Assembly (NCBI GenBank): GCA_963676835.2
Contig: CAXXFF010000001.1
Location: 416,001 to 480,000, forward strand
Direction of reading: 5' to 3'
Length of the DNA: 64,000 nt
From: Marispirochaeta sp.
GTDB taxonomy: Bacteria > Spirochaetota > Spirochaetia > JC444 > Marispirochaetaceae
Shown piece by piece: positions 1 through 9,407 of the stretch; position 1 is the stretch's first letter, and every line of letters begins with the position of its first letter. The position numbers were made by a program, and so were the translations under genes. Under the pieces are notes generated by a model. It did not search any database. It was not told the origin of the DNA and saw only the letters and a list, made by a program, of their open reading frames with translations.

Positions 1-1866
1 TGCGGTTATTGATGCACCGACAGAGTGATATGGAGTCTTTGGGGTCAGCACTGCACCAGTTTCAGCAATATATTCCCACTCCTCTTCTGTCGGCGGCCGC
101 CAGCCGGTTCCCATTCCATTTACTATTCTGTTGTAATCCTTGTCCGGATCTGCAGTTCCCATCTCATCTTTCATTTTCTGAAGATCATTTTGTGAAATGG
201 GCTGGACCTCCGCATGCCGGGTAACAGCGGAACTGACCGAGAAGAGAGAAGAAGTGACCGGGACCGGCTCAAACTCTTCAGCGGGAATTACAATAGAGAC
301 TATTTCTCCATCATCAAAACTCATGGGCAAACCCGCGGCAGAGGCCTGGTCAGAGGGTTCTGGAGATAGATAATTATAAGTGCTGTGCTCCTCAAGCGAA
401 AAACTGATTATCGACCCGCTGAATTCCGTCCCATCCGCTGGATCCTCATCCTTGTCCCGTATCCGCAGGAAAAAATCCTCATTGCCCATGTACTGGGCAA
501 ACTCGCTTACATCAATAACCAGCGGAGAGGCCGGAAAAGATTCTGAGCCGTTGGGGCTGCTGTAAAAATAAGTGGTATAGGTCTGATTGTAGTAATCTTC
601 AGAACTGCTGACACTCTTCCAGGCAACAGGGTCTTCCGGATCACCCACACCAAGGTAAATATTACAGGCATTGCGCCGGTCATGATCTATCAGAACCTTT
701 GCAACATACTGCGGGGTATAGCCCGCCCGGTCGGCATAAATATAGACCGGCACCCTGCGAAGCTTCATAGCCTCGTAGGTTATATAATAAAAACCGTCTC
801 CCACTTTTTCACCGGAAAAAGGATTTCCCCAGGAGTTGGCTACCTTGAAATAGCCCATAGGCCCGGGGACAGCCGAGGTGCGTACCGGTTCGGACATATC
901 AGATTCATTACCGTCGACAACAGCTGCTATTCTGTAGAAGTACTCCTGTCCCTGGCTTACACTGGTATCAGTGTAGCTGATGTCAGTGTAGCTGGCGGAT
1001 GTAATGGAACCCGATACCAGCAGGTATGGTCCGGCTTCAGATTCCGACCGGTAGAGCAGGTATTCGGCATCGGAAAAGCTGTAATAGTAGCTCCAGGTAA
1101 GGGTAATTGAATCATCTGAATGGTCAAATACAGTAAGATTATTGGGTACCGGCGGTTCTACAGTAAACGCCCTTACCTCGGACCATGCCCCGGTTTGGTT
1201 ACCGCAGAATGCCTGAACCCGCCAGTACTGGCTCTCCAGCATTGTAGTAGAGGTAAAAGAGCGACTGTATTCTGAGTCGTAGCAGACAGTTCCATTATAA
1301 TAGCTGTTGCCTCCGGTGCTGTCATCAACGCCGATACCGTCCTTGTCGTCATCATCCCGTACAGGGAGTGTGCCAAAATCAAAGTAATACCCTTCTGCAC
1401 CGGGAACATCCTCCCAGTCAAACTGCCAGAGCCCGGGATTTCCTCCGCCGCCGTTATCCAGATAGTCATCTGCTTCGGGAGTATTCAGAAGCGGTGTTTC
1501 CAGAGAAGAAATACTGATGGAAAAATCGCCCTCTACTGTAGGCGATTTCTCAAGACCCTCAGCAGAGGCATAAGCCATCACCGTCAGAGTTGAACCGTCA
1601 TCATTTACAGGAATTCCGCTGCTGTATACACTTGAATTAATATCAGGGATCGTGCCGTCGGTGGTGTAATAGATTACAGCTCCAGTAGTTGCGCAGCTGA
1701 TTTCAAGAACAAAATCATTTGCATAAACACCGGAATCGGGAAAAAACTCAGGAGCAGCAACAGTGGCAACTGAAGATGCGCTTCCACTACCGGCGGGAGT
1801 ACAGGAACAAAATAAACCGGAAAGAGAAATCATTAAAAATAAAACTTTCATATACAGGTTATTCAT
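1..1866 (-). CDS. Surface lipoprotein with CHB_HEX_C/FN3-like domains and papain-family (C1) peptidase-like segments; runs off the left edge
   Basis: Absent from the ORF track because it has no stop in the window. Manual translation of most of the frame from ATG 1866 gives MNNLYMKVLFLMISLSGLFCSC (lipobox-like), APEFFPDSGVY...IYYTTDGTIP, an FN3-like ITLTWS...YFYRIAAV, FKVANSWG...GDGFYYITYEAMK and GTGWRPPTEEEW. No stop seen down to position 1. Confidence 0.75.
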   Translation of the reverse strand, partial: MNNLYMKVLFLMISLSGLFCSCTPAGSGSASSVATVAAPEFFPDSGVYANDFVLEISCATTGAVIYYTTDGTIPDINSSVYSSGIPVNDDGSTLTVMAYASAEGLEKSPTVEGDFSISISSLETPLLNTPEADDYLDNGGGGNPGLWQFDWEDVPGAEGYYFDFGTLPVRDDDDKDGIGVDDSTGGNSYYNGTVCYDSEYSRSFTSTTMLESQYWRVQAFCGNQTGAWSEVRAFTVEPPVPNNLTVFDHSDDSITLTWSYYYSFSDAEYLLYRSESEAGPYLLVSGSITSASYTDISYTDTSVSQGQEYFYRIAAVVDGNESDMSEPVRTSAVPGPMGYFKVANSWGNPFSGEKVGDGFYYITYEAMKLRRVPVYIYADRAGYTPQYVAKVLIDHDRRNACNIYLGVGDPEDPVAWKSVSSSEDYYNQTYTTYFYSSPNGSESFPASPLVIDVSEFAQYMGNEDFFLRIRDKDEDPADGTEFSGSIISFSLEEHSTYNYLSPEPSDQASAAGLPMSFDDGEIVSIVIPAEEFEPVPVTSSLFSVSSAVTRHAEVQPISQNDLQKMKDEMGTADPDKDYNRIVNGMGTGWRPPTEEEWEYIAETGAVLTPKTPYHSVGASITA

Positions 1867-1939
1867 AAATACTCCCGCTTTTATTAATGGAATTATATCA
1901 CAAATGTGCAGGATTTTCCCGGTGCTGACCTCTCCGGGA

Positions 1940-3736
1940 CTAGCCCAGATGCTCCCGTATTACCGCCAGGAAATCACTGCCGAAGGCGGTCAGCTTCTTT
2001 TCCCCCACACCGGGAACATTCAGCATGTCCGCACCTGTTTCCGGCAGCATCTCAGCCATATAGAGCAGGGTTTTATCGGAAAAAATTATATACGGCGGAA
2101 CATGTTTCTGCCGCGCAAGAGAAGTTCTAACGGCTTTGAGCTTATCCAGTAATGCTTCGTCTGCATCAACAACAGAGAGCTCACGTTCCGCTGCTGATGC
2201 TTTGCGGTTTTTCCGCTCCGGCTCTTTCCGCTCCAGAATAAAGAAGGACTCATCCCCAAAAAGGAGCCTGCTGCCCGCAGGGGTTATACGCAGGACATTG
2301 AAATGGCCGCTGTCCCTATGGATCATCTGCTGTCCTATCAGTTCAGAAACAATACCATTCCACCATGCCTTGCTTTTATCCCGGCCCACGCCGTAGGTTT
2401 TTAGGGCTGAATGATTATTCTTGCGGATCTTTTCCGTATCCGCTCCCCGGACAATATCGATAATATGCTGAATACCGAAACCTTCCCGGGTACGGTAAAT
2501 GGCAGATAGAATTTTTCTGGCATCAGTTCCGGCATCGGTTTTACCAGTGGAACCGGTACAGACATCGCAGGTTCCGCAGTCCTCTTCAACCTCTTCGTCA
2601 AAGTATTCCAGTATCTGTCGTCGCCTGCAGACATTAACCGAGGCGAAACGGGCAACGCGTTCAAGATTATCCCGGCTCCGCCGCTGCTCTGCCGGATCCT
2701 CAATCTGTTTTATAAAGTATTCAAGACGGGGGATATCCCCGTTACTGAAAAACATAATACACCGGGAATCTACGCCGTCCCGGCCTGCCCGGCCGGTCTC
2801 CTGGTAGTAGCCCTCCATGCTTTTGGGCAGGTCGCCATGGATTATAAAGCGGATGTTATTTTTATCGATGCCCATCCCGAATGCCGTAGTCGCCGTTATT
2901 ACCCGGACTTCATCGTTATTGAACAGTTCCTGATTACGGCTTCTCTCTTCCTTCCTCAATCCCGCATGATACGGAACAGCCTCGATACCCTGTTTTCTCA
3001 GGTACTCAGCAGTCTTTTCCGTATCCTTCCGGCTTAAACGGTAAACAATACCGGCCTGACCGGAAAAATTCCGTACCGCCTGGCTTATCTGGCTTAATAC
3101 CTCTGTTTTCGGCAGCACCTGATAGTGAAGTTCCTTCCGGTTAAAGGATGCCCGTATGAGAAAAGGCCTTGTCAGCTGCAGAAGCCGGATAATATCTTTT
3201 TGAACCTGCAGAGTTGCGGTAGCGGTAAATGCCGCTATAGGCACCGAAGGAAAGGCATGTTTTAACGCAGATAGAACAAGATAATCCGGACGGAAATCAT
3301 GCCCCCATTCGGAAAGACAGTGAGCCTCATCCACAGCAAAAAAGCATACCTTAAACTGGTTGAGTTTCTCCCCGAAGCCGTCAAGTGCCAACCGTTCCGG
3401 AGAGACATACAAGAGTTTGACTTCGTTCCGGTAGAGTCTTGAATATACATCTGAGGCCTCTTCTGCGGTCTGGCTGCTGTTCAGATATGCAGCGGGAATA
3501 CCAAGGGCAGAAGCAGAGTCAACCTGATCCTTCATAAGGGCAATAAGAGGGCTGACAACTACAGTCAAGCCTTCCAACATTAATGCCGGCAGCTGATAAC
3601 AGAGGCTTTTACCTCCCCCTGTAGGCATAGCAGCAAAAACATCCCGGCCGTCAAGGACAGCCTGGATAATCTCTTCCTGATTCCGACGGAATGATGAGTA
3701 GCCGAATACCTTTTTAAGAATCTTTTTTGCAGTCAT
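1940..3736 (-). CDS. recQ: ATP-dependent DNA helicase RecQ
   Basis: MPTGGGKSLCYQLPA, DEAHC, YYQETGRAGRDG, Zn-binding Cys cluster, RQC and HRDC-like C-terminus. Confidence 0.96.
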   Translation of the reverse strand: MTAKKILKKVFGYSSFRRNQEEIIQAVLDGRDVFAAMPTGGGKSLCYQLPALMLEGLTVVVSPLIALMKDQVDSASALGIPAAYLNSSQTAEEASDVYSRLYRNEVKLLYVSPERLALDGFGEKLNQFKVCFFAVDEAHCLSEWGHDFRPDYLVLSALKHAFPSVPIAAFTATATLQVQKDIIRLLQLTRPFLIRASFNRKELHYQVLPKTEVLSQISQAVRNFSGQAGIVYRLSRKDTEKTAEYLRKQGIEAVPYHAGLRKEERSRNQELFNNDEVRVITATTAFGMGIDKNNIRFIIHGDLPKSMEGYYQETGRAGRDGVDSRCIMFFSNGDIPRLEYFIKQIEDPAEQRRSRDNLERVARFASVNVCRRRQILEYFDEEVEEDCGTCDVCTGSTGKTDAGTDARKILSAIYRTREGFGIQHIIDIVRGADTEKIRKNNHSALKTYGVGRDKSKAWWNGIVSELIGQQMIHRDSGHFNVLRITPAGSRLLFGDESFFILERKEPERKNRKASAAERELSVVDADEALLDKLKAVRTSLARQKHVPPYIIFSDKTLLYMAEMLPETGADMLNVPGVGEKKLTAFGSDFLAVIREHLG

Positions 3737-3761
3737 AAACAGATAATAACTTTACAGGGGC

Positions 3762-4424
3762 TCAGACCAGAAACTGATAGACCGACATCATGGTGCCCAT
3801 AATAATAAACCCCAGGCTCATAAAGCGGAACATCATATCAAAACGTCTGTCCATATTGTGCTGCGTTGATGTAAAACGCTGATCAAGGCTGTGCTGGGTC
3901 TCCTCAAAACGTTTGTCCATCTGTTCAAACCGCTTGTCCATATTCTGCTGCATAGACTCAAAGCGCTTGTCCATATTCTGCTGCATAGACTCAAAGCGCT
4001 TATCCATGTTCAGATGCATAGACTCAAAACGTTTATCCATGTTCAGCTGCATCGCTTCAAAACGATTATCCACCTGTTCAAAGCGCCGTTCCATATTCTG
4101 CTGCATGACTTCGAATCGTTTATCCATACTCTGCTGTATTACTTCGAAACGTTTGTCGACCTGCTCGAAGCGCTTATCTACCTGTTCAAGGCGCTTGTCG
4201 ACCTGTTCAAAGCGATCATCCATCCGCTTGAATCCCTCTTCAATGCGGCCATCGATACGAATAATGGTTTCCCTGAATGCAGCGTGTTCTAAATTGTTCT
4301 GATCTTTCAAAATCATATTCTGTGTGAGCAGGGTAATATAGCGGTGAAGAGAACCTCTATTTTTCACCTCAAAGGCATCTTCCAGTTCGTGTTCCAGCAT
4401 ATCGGCCAGACTATCCATGGTCAT
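3762..4424 (-). CDS. Coiled-coil repeat membrane protein (DKRFE repeats, Bdr-like architecture)
   Basis: 7-aa (DKRFEQV) and 11-aa (MDKRFESMQQN) repeats; hydrophobic C-terminal anchor. Confidence 0.75.
   Translation of the reverse strand: MTMDSLADMLEHELEDAFEVKNRGSLHRYITLLTQNMILKDQNNLEHAAFRETIIRIDGRIEEGFKRMDDRFEQVDKRLEQVDKRFEQVDKRFEVIQQSMDKRFEVMQQNMERRFEQVDNRFEAMQLNMDKRFESMHLNMDKRFESMQQNMDKRFESMQQNMDKRFEQMDKRFEETQHSLDQRFTSTQHNMDRRFDMMFRFMSLGFIIMGTMMSVYQFLV
3840..4230. repeat. Intragenic 33-bp and 21-bp imperfect tandem repeats
   Basis: Unit aaagcgcttgtccatattctgctgcatagactc recurs in tandem and encodes the DKRFE repeats. Confidence 0.85.
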
Positions 4425-4497
4425 CTCCTTAACAATATAACAGTTCTACCTATTAATACAAAGAGATGACCCGGTTTGCTTCAGCTGTAAGCAGTTT

Positions 4498-5226
4498 TTA
4501 CCAGCGGTTGTATCCGCGCAGGGTTAATACCTGACTGTTCATCTTGCTGGACTGTTCAGATGCGAGAAAAAGAATGGCAGAGGCAGCTTCTTCAACCTCA
4601 AACAGATCCCCTCCGCTGGCAAGAATAAAATCCCTTACCGCCGACTCTTCGAACATTTCCGTCCGCACAGGGCCGGTACAGATGGCATTGATCCGCACAC
4701 CGGATTTTTTATATTCATCCGCCAGAGCATGGGTAAATCCGAGAACCGCAGCTTTTGATGAGCTGTAAGCGGTACTTCCCGGAAGTCCCCGTAAACCTGC
4801 AGCAGAGGCGACATTCACAATATTTCCAGAACCGGCCTCAAGCATAGCAGGGAGAAAGGTCCGGGTAACCAGCATGGTGCCCGTAAGATTTACATTATGA
4901 ATAAACTCCCACTCTTCAATGCTTATTTCAAGAAAAGGCTTCTCGATGGAGACACCGGCGTTATTAATCAATATATCAACCTTGCCGAAGGCAGATTCAG
5001 CAGCTCTTTTTAACCTTTCAAGATCTTCCTGCTTGGTAATATCTCCAGCAAAGGTAATAATCTCTGCCCCGTCCCCTGTGAGTTCATCTTTAAGAGCTGT
5101 TAGAGCATCCTCAGAACGTGCGGTTAATACGAGTTTTGCACCTTCGGATGCAAAACATTTTGCAACACCTTTGCCGATTCCCCGGCTGGCACCGGTAATC
5201 AGCGCTGTTTTTCCTGTTAAAATCAT
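4498..5226 (-). CDS. Short-chain dehydrogenase/reductase (SDR)
   Basis: TGASRGIG, NNAG and YSSSK motifs. Confidence 0.93.
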   Translation of the reverse strand: MILTGKTALITGASRGIGKGVAKCFASEGAKLVLTARSEDALTALKDELTGDGAEIITFAGDITKQEDLERLKRAAESAFGKVDILINNAGVSIEKPFLEISIEEWEFIHNVNLTGTMLVTRTFLPAMLEAGSGNIVNVASAAGLRGLPGSTAYSSSKAAVLGFTHALADEYKKSGVRINAICTGPVRTEMFEESAVRDFILASGGDLFEVEEAASAILFLASEQSSKMNSQVLTLRGYNRW

Positions 5227-5278
5227 CTACATTCTCCTGGTTGTCTCTTTAGAGCACCTTTACTCTAAGGCCATACCT

Positions 5279-7411
5279 TCAGCTTGTAAATGTTTTTTTG
5301 TAAACGATTACAATATCTTCCAGAGCCTTCTCTTTCGGCTCCTCTTTACAGAAGATATTAAGGTTTTCCATCGCCCTGGTCAGGGCAACATAGACACGGT
5401 TTTTCTGCAGGTCCTGCAGCGTTTCTGCATCTATTCCTTTTTCTCCCGGAAGAAAAGGCAGAAAACACATTACAACCGGAAAATCAAGCCCTTTGCTTGA
5501 GTGAAGCGGCGATAAACGCACACCGTGAACAGAACCGAAATCAAAGCTGTTCTCCCGAATCTGGGCAGCAGGAATTGAATCCTCTTCCAGCAGTTTTTCA
5601 ATTTTATCCAGCATAGACCTGGTAGGAGCAATAACCGCAATATTATCCGGTGAATACTCCAGGGTATTCAGAAAAAGCCGGATTTTATCAAGAAGCCGCG
5701 CATAGAGCTCCTCTGTTTTCTCTGCTGTTATAAGCTCCGGTACCGGCCCTGCCCGGAAAGCTTCGGGCTCACTGTCGCTGTTGCAGCTGCCTGCGGCCTG
5801 CAGACGGTATGCTTCAGCAAGTTCATGGATGGCCGTACTGTTGCGGAAGTTTGTTTTCAGAATGACTGATTTACCGCTGATATCGATACTGGCACGCTTA
5901 TATGGAGAGCCAAGGCCGTAGATTGACTGATCCGTATCTCCCGCAAGGATAAGAGACCGGGAGGCAAGTTTTTTCAGTATAAGCAGTTGAACCGGTTTCA
6001 AGTCCTGTGATTCATCAATAAATATATGGTCCGCAACGGCCTCGGTCTTGCCAGTGTTGACTGCATCGAGGATGCACTTGCAGGCAAAGCCCTGGCTCAA
6101 GCTGCCGCTTTCGAGCATCTGCTTCTCGGCCTGTTCCATGATATCCCAGACCAGTTTCCGCTGTTCCTGACGAAGCGGCTTCTGCATGCCGATACGGGGT
6201 ATCATCTCTTCATAGTATTCCTTGAAGCTGAGATTATTGCCGTAGATAAACTCCTCAATTTCAAGGCAGAGCTCGTCAACGGAAAAAGTCTCATCCCTTT
6301 CAAGACTGCGTATACTGTTCTTCAACACCTGGTAATCTATTTGCCATGCAGCATTTATTTCGGTGAGGATATCCCGCAGAATACTGTCTGCGGTACAGAT
6401 AGACGTATCACTTCCCTCTATTCCCATTAATCCGGAAATGTACTGGTTATATTTAACCAGGGTAGTGGTATAGGTAAGGAGCAGGAACTTTTTTTTGCCT
6501 TCCATGCCAAGGGTTTCACCTTCTTCCCGGCGGGCCCGTTTAAGGGCCTCCAGAAGAATCAGGGTTTTACCCGTACCTGCCCCGCCCCGGATAATAAAAT
6601 CCTTTTCAATGTTGATTCTCTCAAGCACACCTTTCTGCTCCGGGGTCAGACGGATAAGGGACTGCTCATAATCCATTCTTGTTCTGGTGTAGTAGGTGGC
6701 GTTACGCAGGTAATCTATATAGGACTGAATATCTTTTTTACTTCCCAGACTCTGCCGTATCTTTTCAAGTTCTGCCGAGAATTTTTCCCTTTCCGAAAGG
6801 ATCTCGTCCATTCTAATTTTCTGGCTGTCCACCTGACTGTTTAACCGCTTAAGTTCATATTCCTGCTCTCTTAAAACCCGGGAGAGATGGGCCGACTCAG
6901 CCTTCTCCTCTTCATATTCCCTAAGGGAGGAGAGAATCTCCTTCAGTTTCCGCTGGTCCTGAAAATGTGCCCACTTCTCGTCCATCAAGGCACGGTAATC
7001 TTCTATATGGCTTGTACGGTTATCCCATATTGAAAGATTGTCCTGTATTACCCGAATCTTTTCCGACTCAATACCGCAGTTTTCACAAAACCTGAAAAAA
7101 TTATAGCTGCCGCTCTCTGCAAACTTGGGGGAAATATCCCGAAACTCATGGCGTACCTGATTGGTAATTCCGTGTTCCGCCTTCAGGGCATTGAAGAGAT
7201 TCCATTGCAGATCATCCAGAAACCCTCCGGCTTCGGCCTTCTTCATATCCCGGTAGTGGTTGATATTGCGGGCGAAGCTCTCTTCCTGCCGGTAACCAGT
7301 AAAATTCTCCTTCAGGTAGCCTTCTATAAATGAGTGGAGGGACAGGAGAAAGAGTCCCGGGTCGGAGCCGAGCATGCGGATTATACGTTCAAGCTGATCT
7401 TCGGTTTTCAT
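5279..7411 (-). CDS. Superfamily 1 (UvrD-like) helicase with N-terminal helical domain and coiled coil
   Basis: GGAGTGKT, DESQD, GDTDQSIY, HSSKGLDF, YVALTRA. Confidence 0.85.
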   Translation of the reverse strand: MKTEDQLERIIRMLGSDPGLFLLSLHSFIEGYLKENFTGYRQEESFARNINHYRDMKKAEAGGFLDDLQWNLFNALKAEHGITNQVRHEFRDISPKFAESGSYNFFRFCENCGIESEKIRVIQDNLSIWDNRTSHIEDYRALMDEKWAHFQDQRKLKEILSSLREYEEEKAESAHLSRVLREQEYELKRLNSQVDSQKIRMDEILSEREKFSAELEKIRQSLGSKKDIQSYIDYLRNATYYTRTRMDYEQSLIRLTPEQKGVLERINIEKDFIIRGGAGTGKTLILLEALKRARREEGETLGMEGKKKFLLLTYTTTLVKYNQYISGLMGIEGSDTSICTADSILRDILTEINAAWQIDYQVLKNSIRSLERDETFSVDELCLEIEEFIYGNNLSFKEYYEEMIPRIGMQKPLRQEQRKLVWDIMEQAEKQMLESGSLSQGFACKCILDAVNTGKTEAVADHIFIDESQDLKPVQLLILKKLASRSLILAGDTDQSIYGLGSPYKRASIDISGKSVILKTNFRNSTAIHELAEAYRLQAAGSCNSDSEPEAFRAGPVPELITAEKTEELYARLLDKIRLFLNTLEYSPDNIAVIAPTRSMLDKIEKLLEEDSIPAAQIRENSFDFGSVHGVRLSPLHSSKGLDFPVVMCFLPFLPGEKGIDAETLQDLQKNRVYVALTRAMENLNIFCKEEPKEKALEDIVIVYKKTFTS

Positions 7412-7697
7412 GTGGTTTTGATTGTACAGGGAAATTGCTGATAAAGGGAAATTCTATGGATCTTTTTTCCAATCTATCGCCTGAATCCTGAAGATTTCTG
7501 CGCCGAGAAACAACGTCCTTATCTAAATATCCAAAAAAGTATTTTTTGTATGCCTCACTCATTTTGACAGAAAACCTTTAAGCCGCCTCTCATTTTGATA
7601 GATCTACTGTTTTAGTAGGTACTTTCAATGAGAGATCTCCTAACTTAAAATACTGCCTTAAAAAAAGTTATAAAATTATTTAACGATTTTTCATACC

Positions 7698-7713
7698 TGG
7701 CACCATTCCTGCT
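7698..7713 (+). promoter_or_regulatory. Candidate sigma54 (-24/-12) promoter
   Basis: TGGCAC-CATTC-CTGCT with correct GG-N10-GC spacing, ~90 bp upstream of the FN3 lipoprotein gene. Confidence 0.55.
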
Positions 7714-7802
7714 TTGTATTGGGAGAACGTCAATAGGCAGACATGGTTGATAAAACCAACAGGCCTTTTTAAATCTGAACAATAAACCACAGGAGGATTT
7801 CA

Positions 7803-9245
7803 TTGAAATCTGTACAAAGAATCGGGATAACAGCGCTTATTCTGATAACAGCATTATTCTCTTTTATCTCATGTGATAACGGTTCTGCATCCGGTTCCGG
7901 ATCAACGGGAAGCAGCAGTGACATAACTGCACCTACAGCAGGAAACAGTGGAACTATTTCATTCAGCACTGTTTCTTCAAGTGGCGTGACGGTAAACTGG
8001 ACCGCCGGAAGTGACGATACCAGCGCACAGGCAGACCTCGAATACCTGGTGTACTATTCTACATCCGACAATATTGATACAGCCGCCAACGCAGTATCAA
8101 ACGGTACGGCCGCTGGCAGTTTTTCTGCAAATATCTCCTCAAAAGCGGTCTCCGGCCTTACAGGATCAACCACCTACTACTTTAATGTGCTGGTAAAAGA
8201 TGAGGCTGGAAATACCACTGCGTACACATCCAGTTCTGAGACGACCTCTGCCGCCGGCGACTCTACCGCACCCACTGCTGGAGGTTCAGGTGTATTAAGC
8301 TTTTCTTCAGTGAACAGCAGCAGTTTGACCGTAAACTGGACAGCCGGTACCGACAATGTTACAGCCCAGGCAAATCTGCAGTATCTGGTCTACTATTCTG
8401 CAAGCAACAACATTGCATCTGTGTCAAATGCCGAAACTAACGGTACAGCGGTGGGGAGTTATTCTTCGAACATAACAACAAAAGCGGTTACCGGTCTTTC
8501 TGCAAGTACCACTTATTACTTCAATGTAATTATTAAGGATGAAGCCGGAAATAAAACTGCCTATACAACAAACTCTCAGGCAACATCTGCCGCCGGCGAC
8601 TCTACCGCGCCAACTGCGGGAGGTTCCGGTGTATTAAGCTTTTCCTCAGTGAACAGCAGCGGCTTGACCGTAAACTGGACAGTCGGTACCGACAATGTTA
8701 CAGCCCAGGCAAATCTGCAATATCTGCTCTACTATTCCACAAGCAATAATATTGCCGCTGCATCCACTGCTGAGGCAAACGGCACCGCCGTTGGGGCCTA
8801 TGTCTCAAATATAGCAACGAAGAGTGTTACCGGTCTGTCTGCAAGCACCACCTATTACTTCAATGTAATTGTTAAGGATGAAGCCGGAAATAAAACTGCC
8901 TATAGCACCAACTCACAATCAACAGATTCGGCAGTCGTAACTGCTTATGAAGTTAGCGGCTACGATGAAGCAGGATTGAGCACCCATGGTAATGGAACCT
9001 ATTCCAAGATATCCGACTACAATGGTAAAGTGGCCTACCAGTTTGATAATTCAGCCCTCTATACCAATGAGATATTTACAATTCGGTGGGAAACGCTTAA
9101 TTCCCGATGGGAGATTTATAATTCCAGCTACGACGACTGGGACTACTATAACCTCGATACAGGCGATACACCCCCGACTTCGGGATGGTATAAATGGGGA
9201 GCAGAAAGCAGCCCCGACCTGAACCTAACCTTAACCGCTCAGTAA
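7803..9245 (+). CDS. Lipoprotein with three fibronectin type III repeats
   Basis: RBS AGGAGG then TTG start; lipobox FISC; three 113-aa FN3-like repeats (TVNWTAG...YYFNV.IKDEAGN). Confidence 0.88.
   Translation: MKSVQRIGITALILITALFSFISCDNGSASGSGSTGSSSDITAPTAGNSGTISFSTVSSSGVTVNWTAGSDDTSAQADLEYLVYYSTSDNIDTAANAVSNGTAAGSFSANISSKAVSGLTGSTTYYFNVLVKDEAGNTTAYTSSSETTSAAGDSTAPTAGGSGVLSFSSVNSSSLTVNWTAGTDNVTAQANLQYLVYYSASNNIASVSNAETNGTAVGSYSSNITTKAVTGLSASTTYYFNVIIKDEAGNKTAYTTNSQATSAAGDSTAPTAGGSGVLSFSSVNSSGLTVNWTVGTDNVTAQANLQYLLYYSTSNNIAAASTAEANGTAVGAYVSNIATKSVTGLSASTTYYFNVIVKDEAGNKTAYSTNSQSTDSAVVTAYEVSGYDEAGLSTHGNGTYSKISDYNGKVAYQFDNSALYTNEIFTIRWETLNSRWEIYNSSYDDWDYYNLDTGDTPPTSGWYKWGAESSPDLNLTLTAQ
7920..8936 (+). 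repeat. Three 339-bp intragenic tandem repeats
   Basis: Repeat starts at 7920, 8259 and 8598; copies 2 and 3 share long identical stretches. Confidence 0.85.
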
Positions 9246-9250
9246 AGACT

Positions 9251-9280
9251 AAAAGCTGCCCGGAACCGGGCAGCTTTTTT
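9251..9280. terminator. Rho-independent terminator, likely bidirectional
   Basis: AAAAGCTGCCCGG-AA-CCGGGCAGCTTTTTT between convergent genes. Confidence 0.85.
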
Positions 9281-9407
9281 GTTACTTGAAAGTCACCGTC
9301 ACATATTCTGTTAAACGCCTTTTTATAAAATTAAGCAAAACAGAATTGTTCCAGTTTCCTGATTAGAAATACATACAGCAGATAATCCGGCTACTGCCAA
9401 CCCTAGC

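Noticed and set aside
9..1469. Short track ORFs (9-224, 380-565, 682-1110, 1173-1469)
   Set aside because: They overlap the long minus-strand lipoprotein frame 1866 to <1, which has recognisable motifs.
3840..4230. 33-bp repeats as a CRISPR array
   Set aside because: They are contiguous in-frame coding repeats with no unique spacers and no cas genes.
3891..4302. Two plus-strand ORFs of ~130 aa
   Set aside because: Antisense shadows of the repeat-protein gene.
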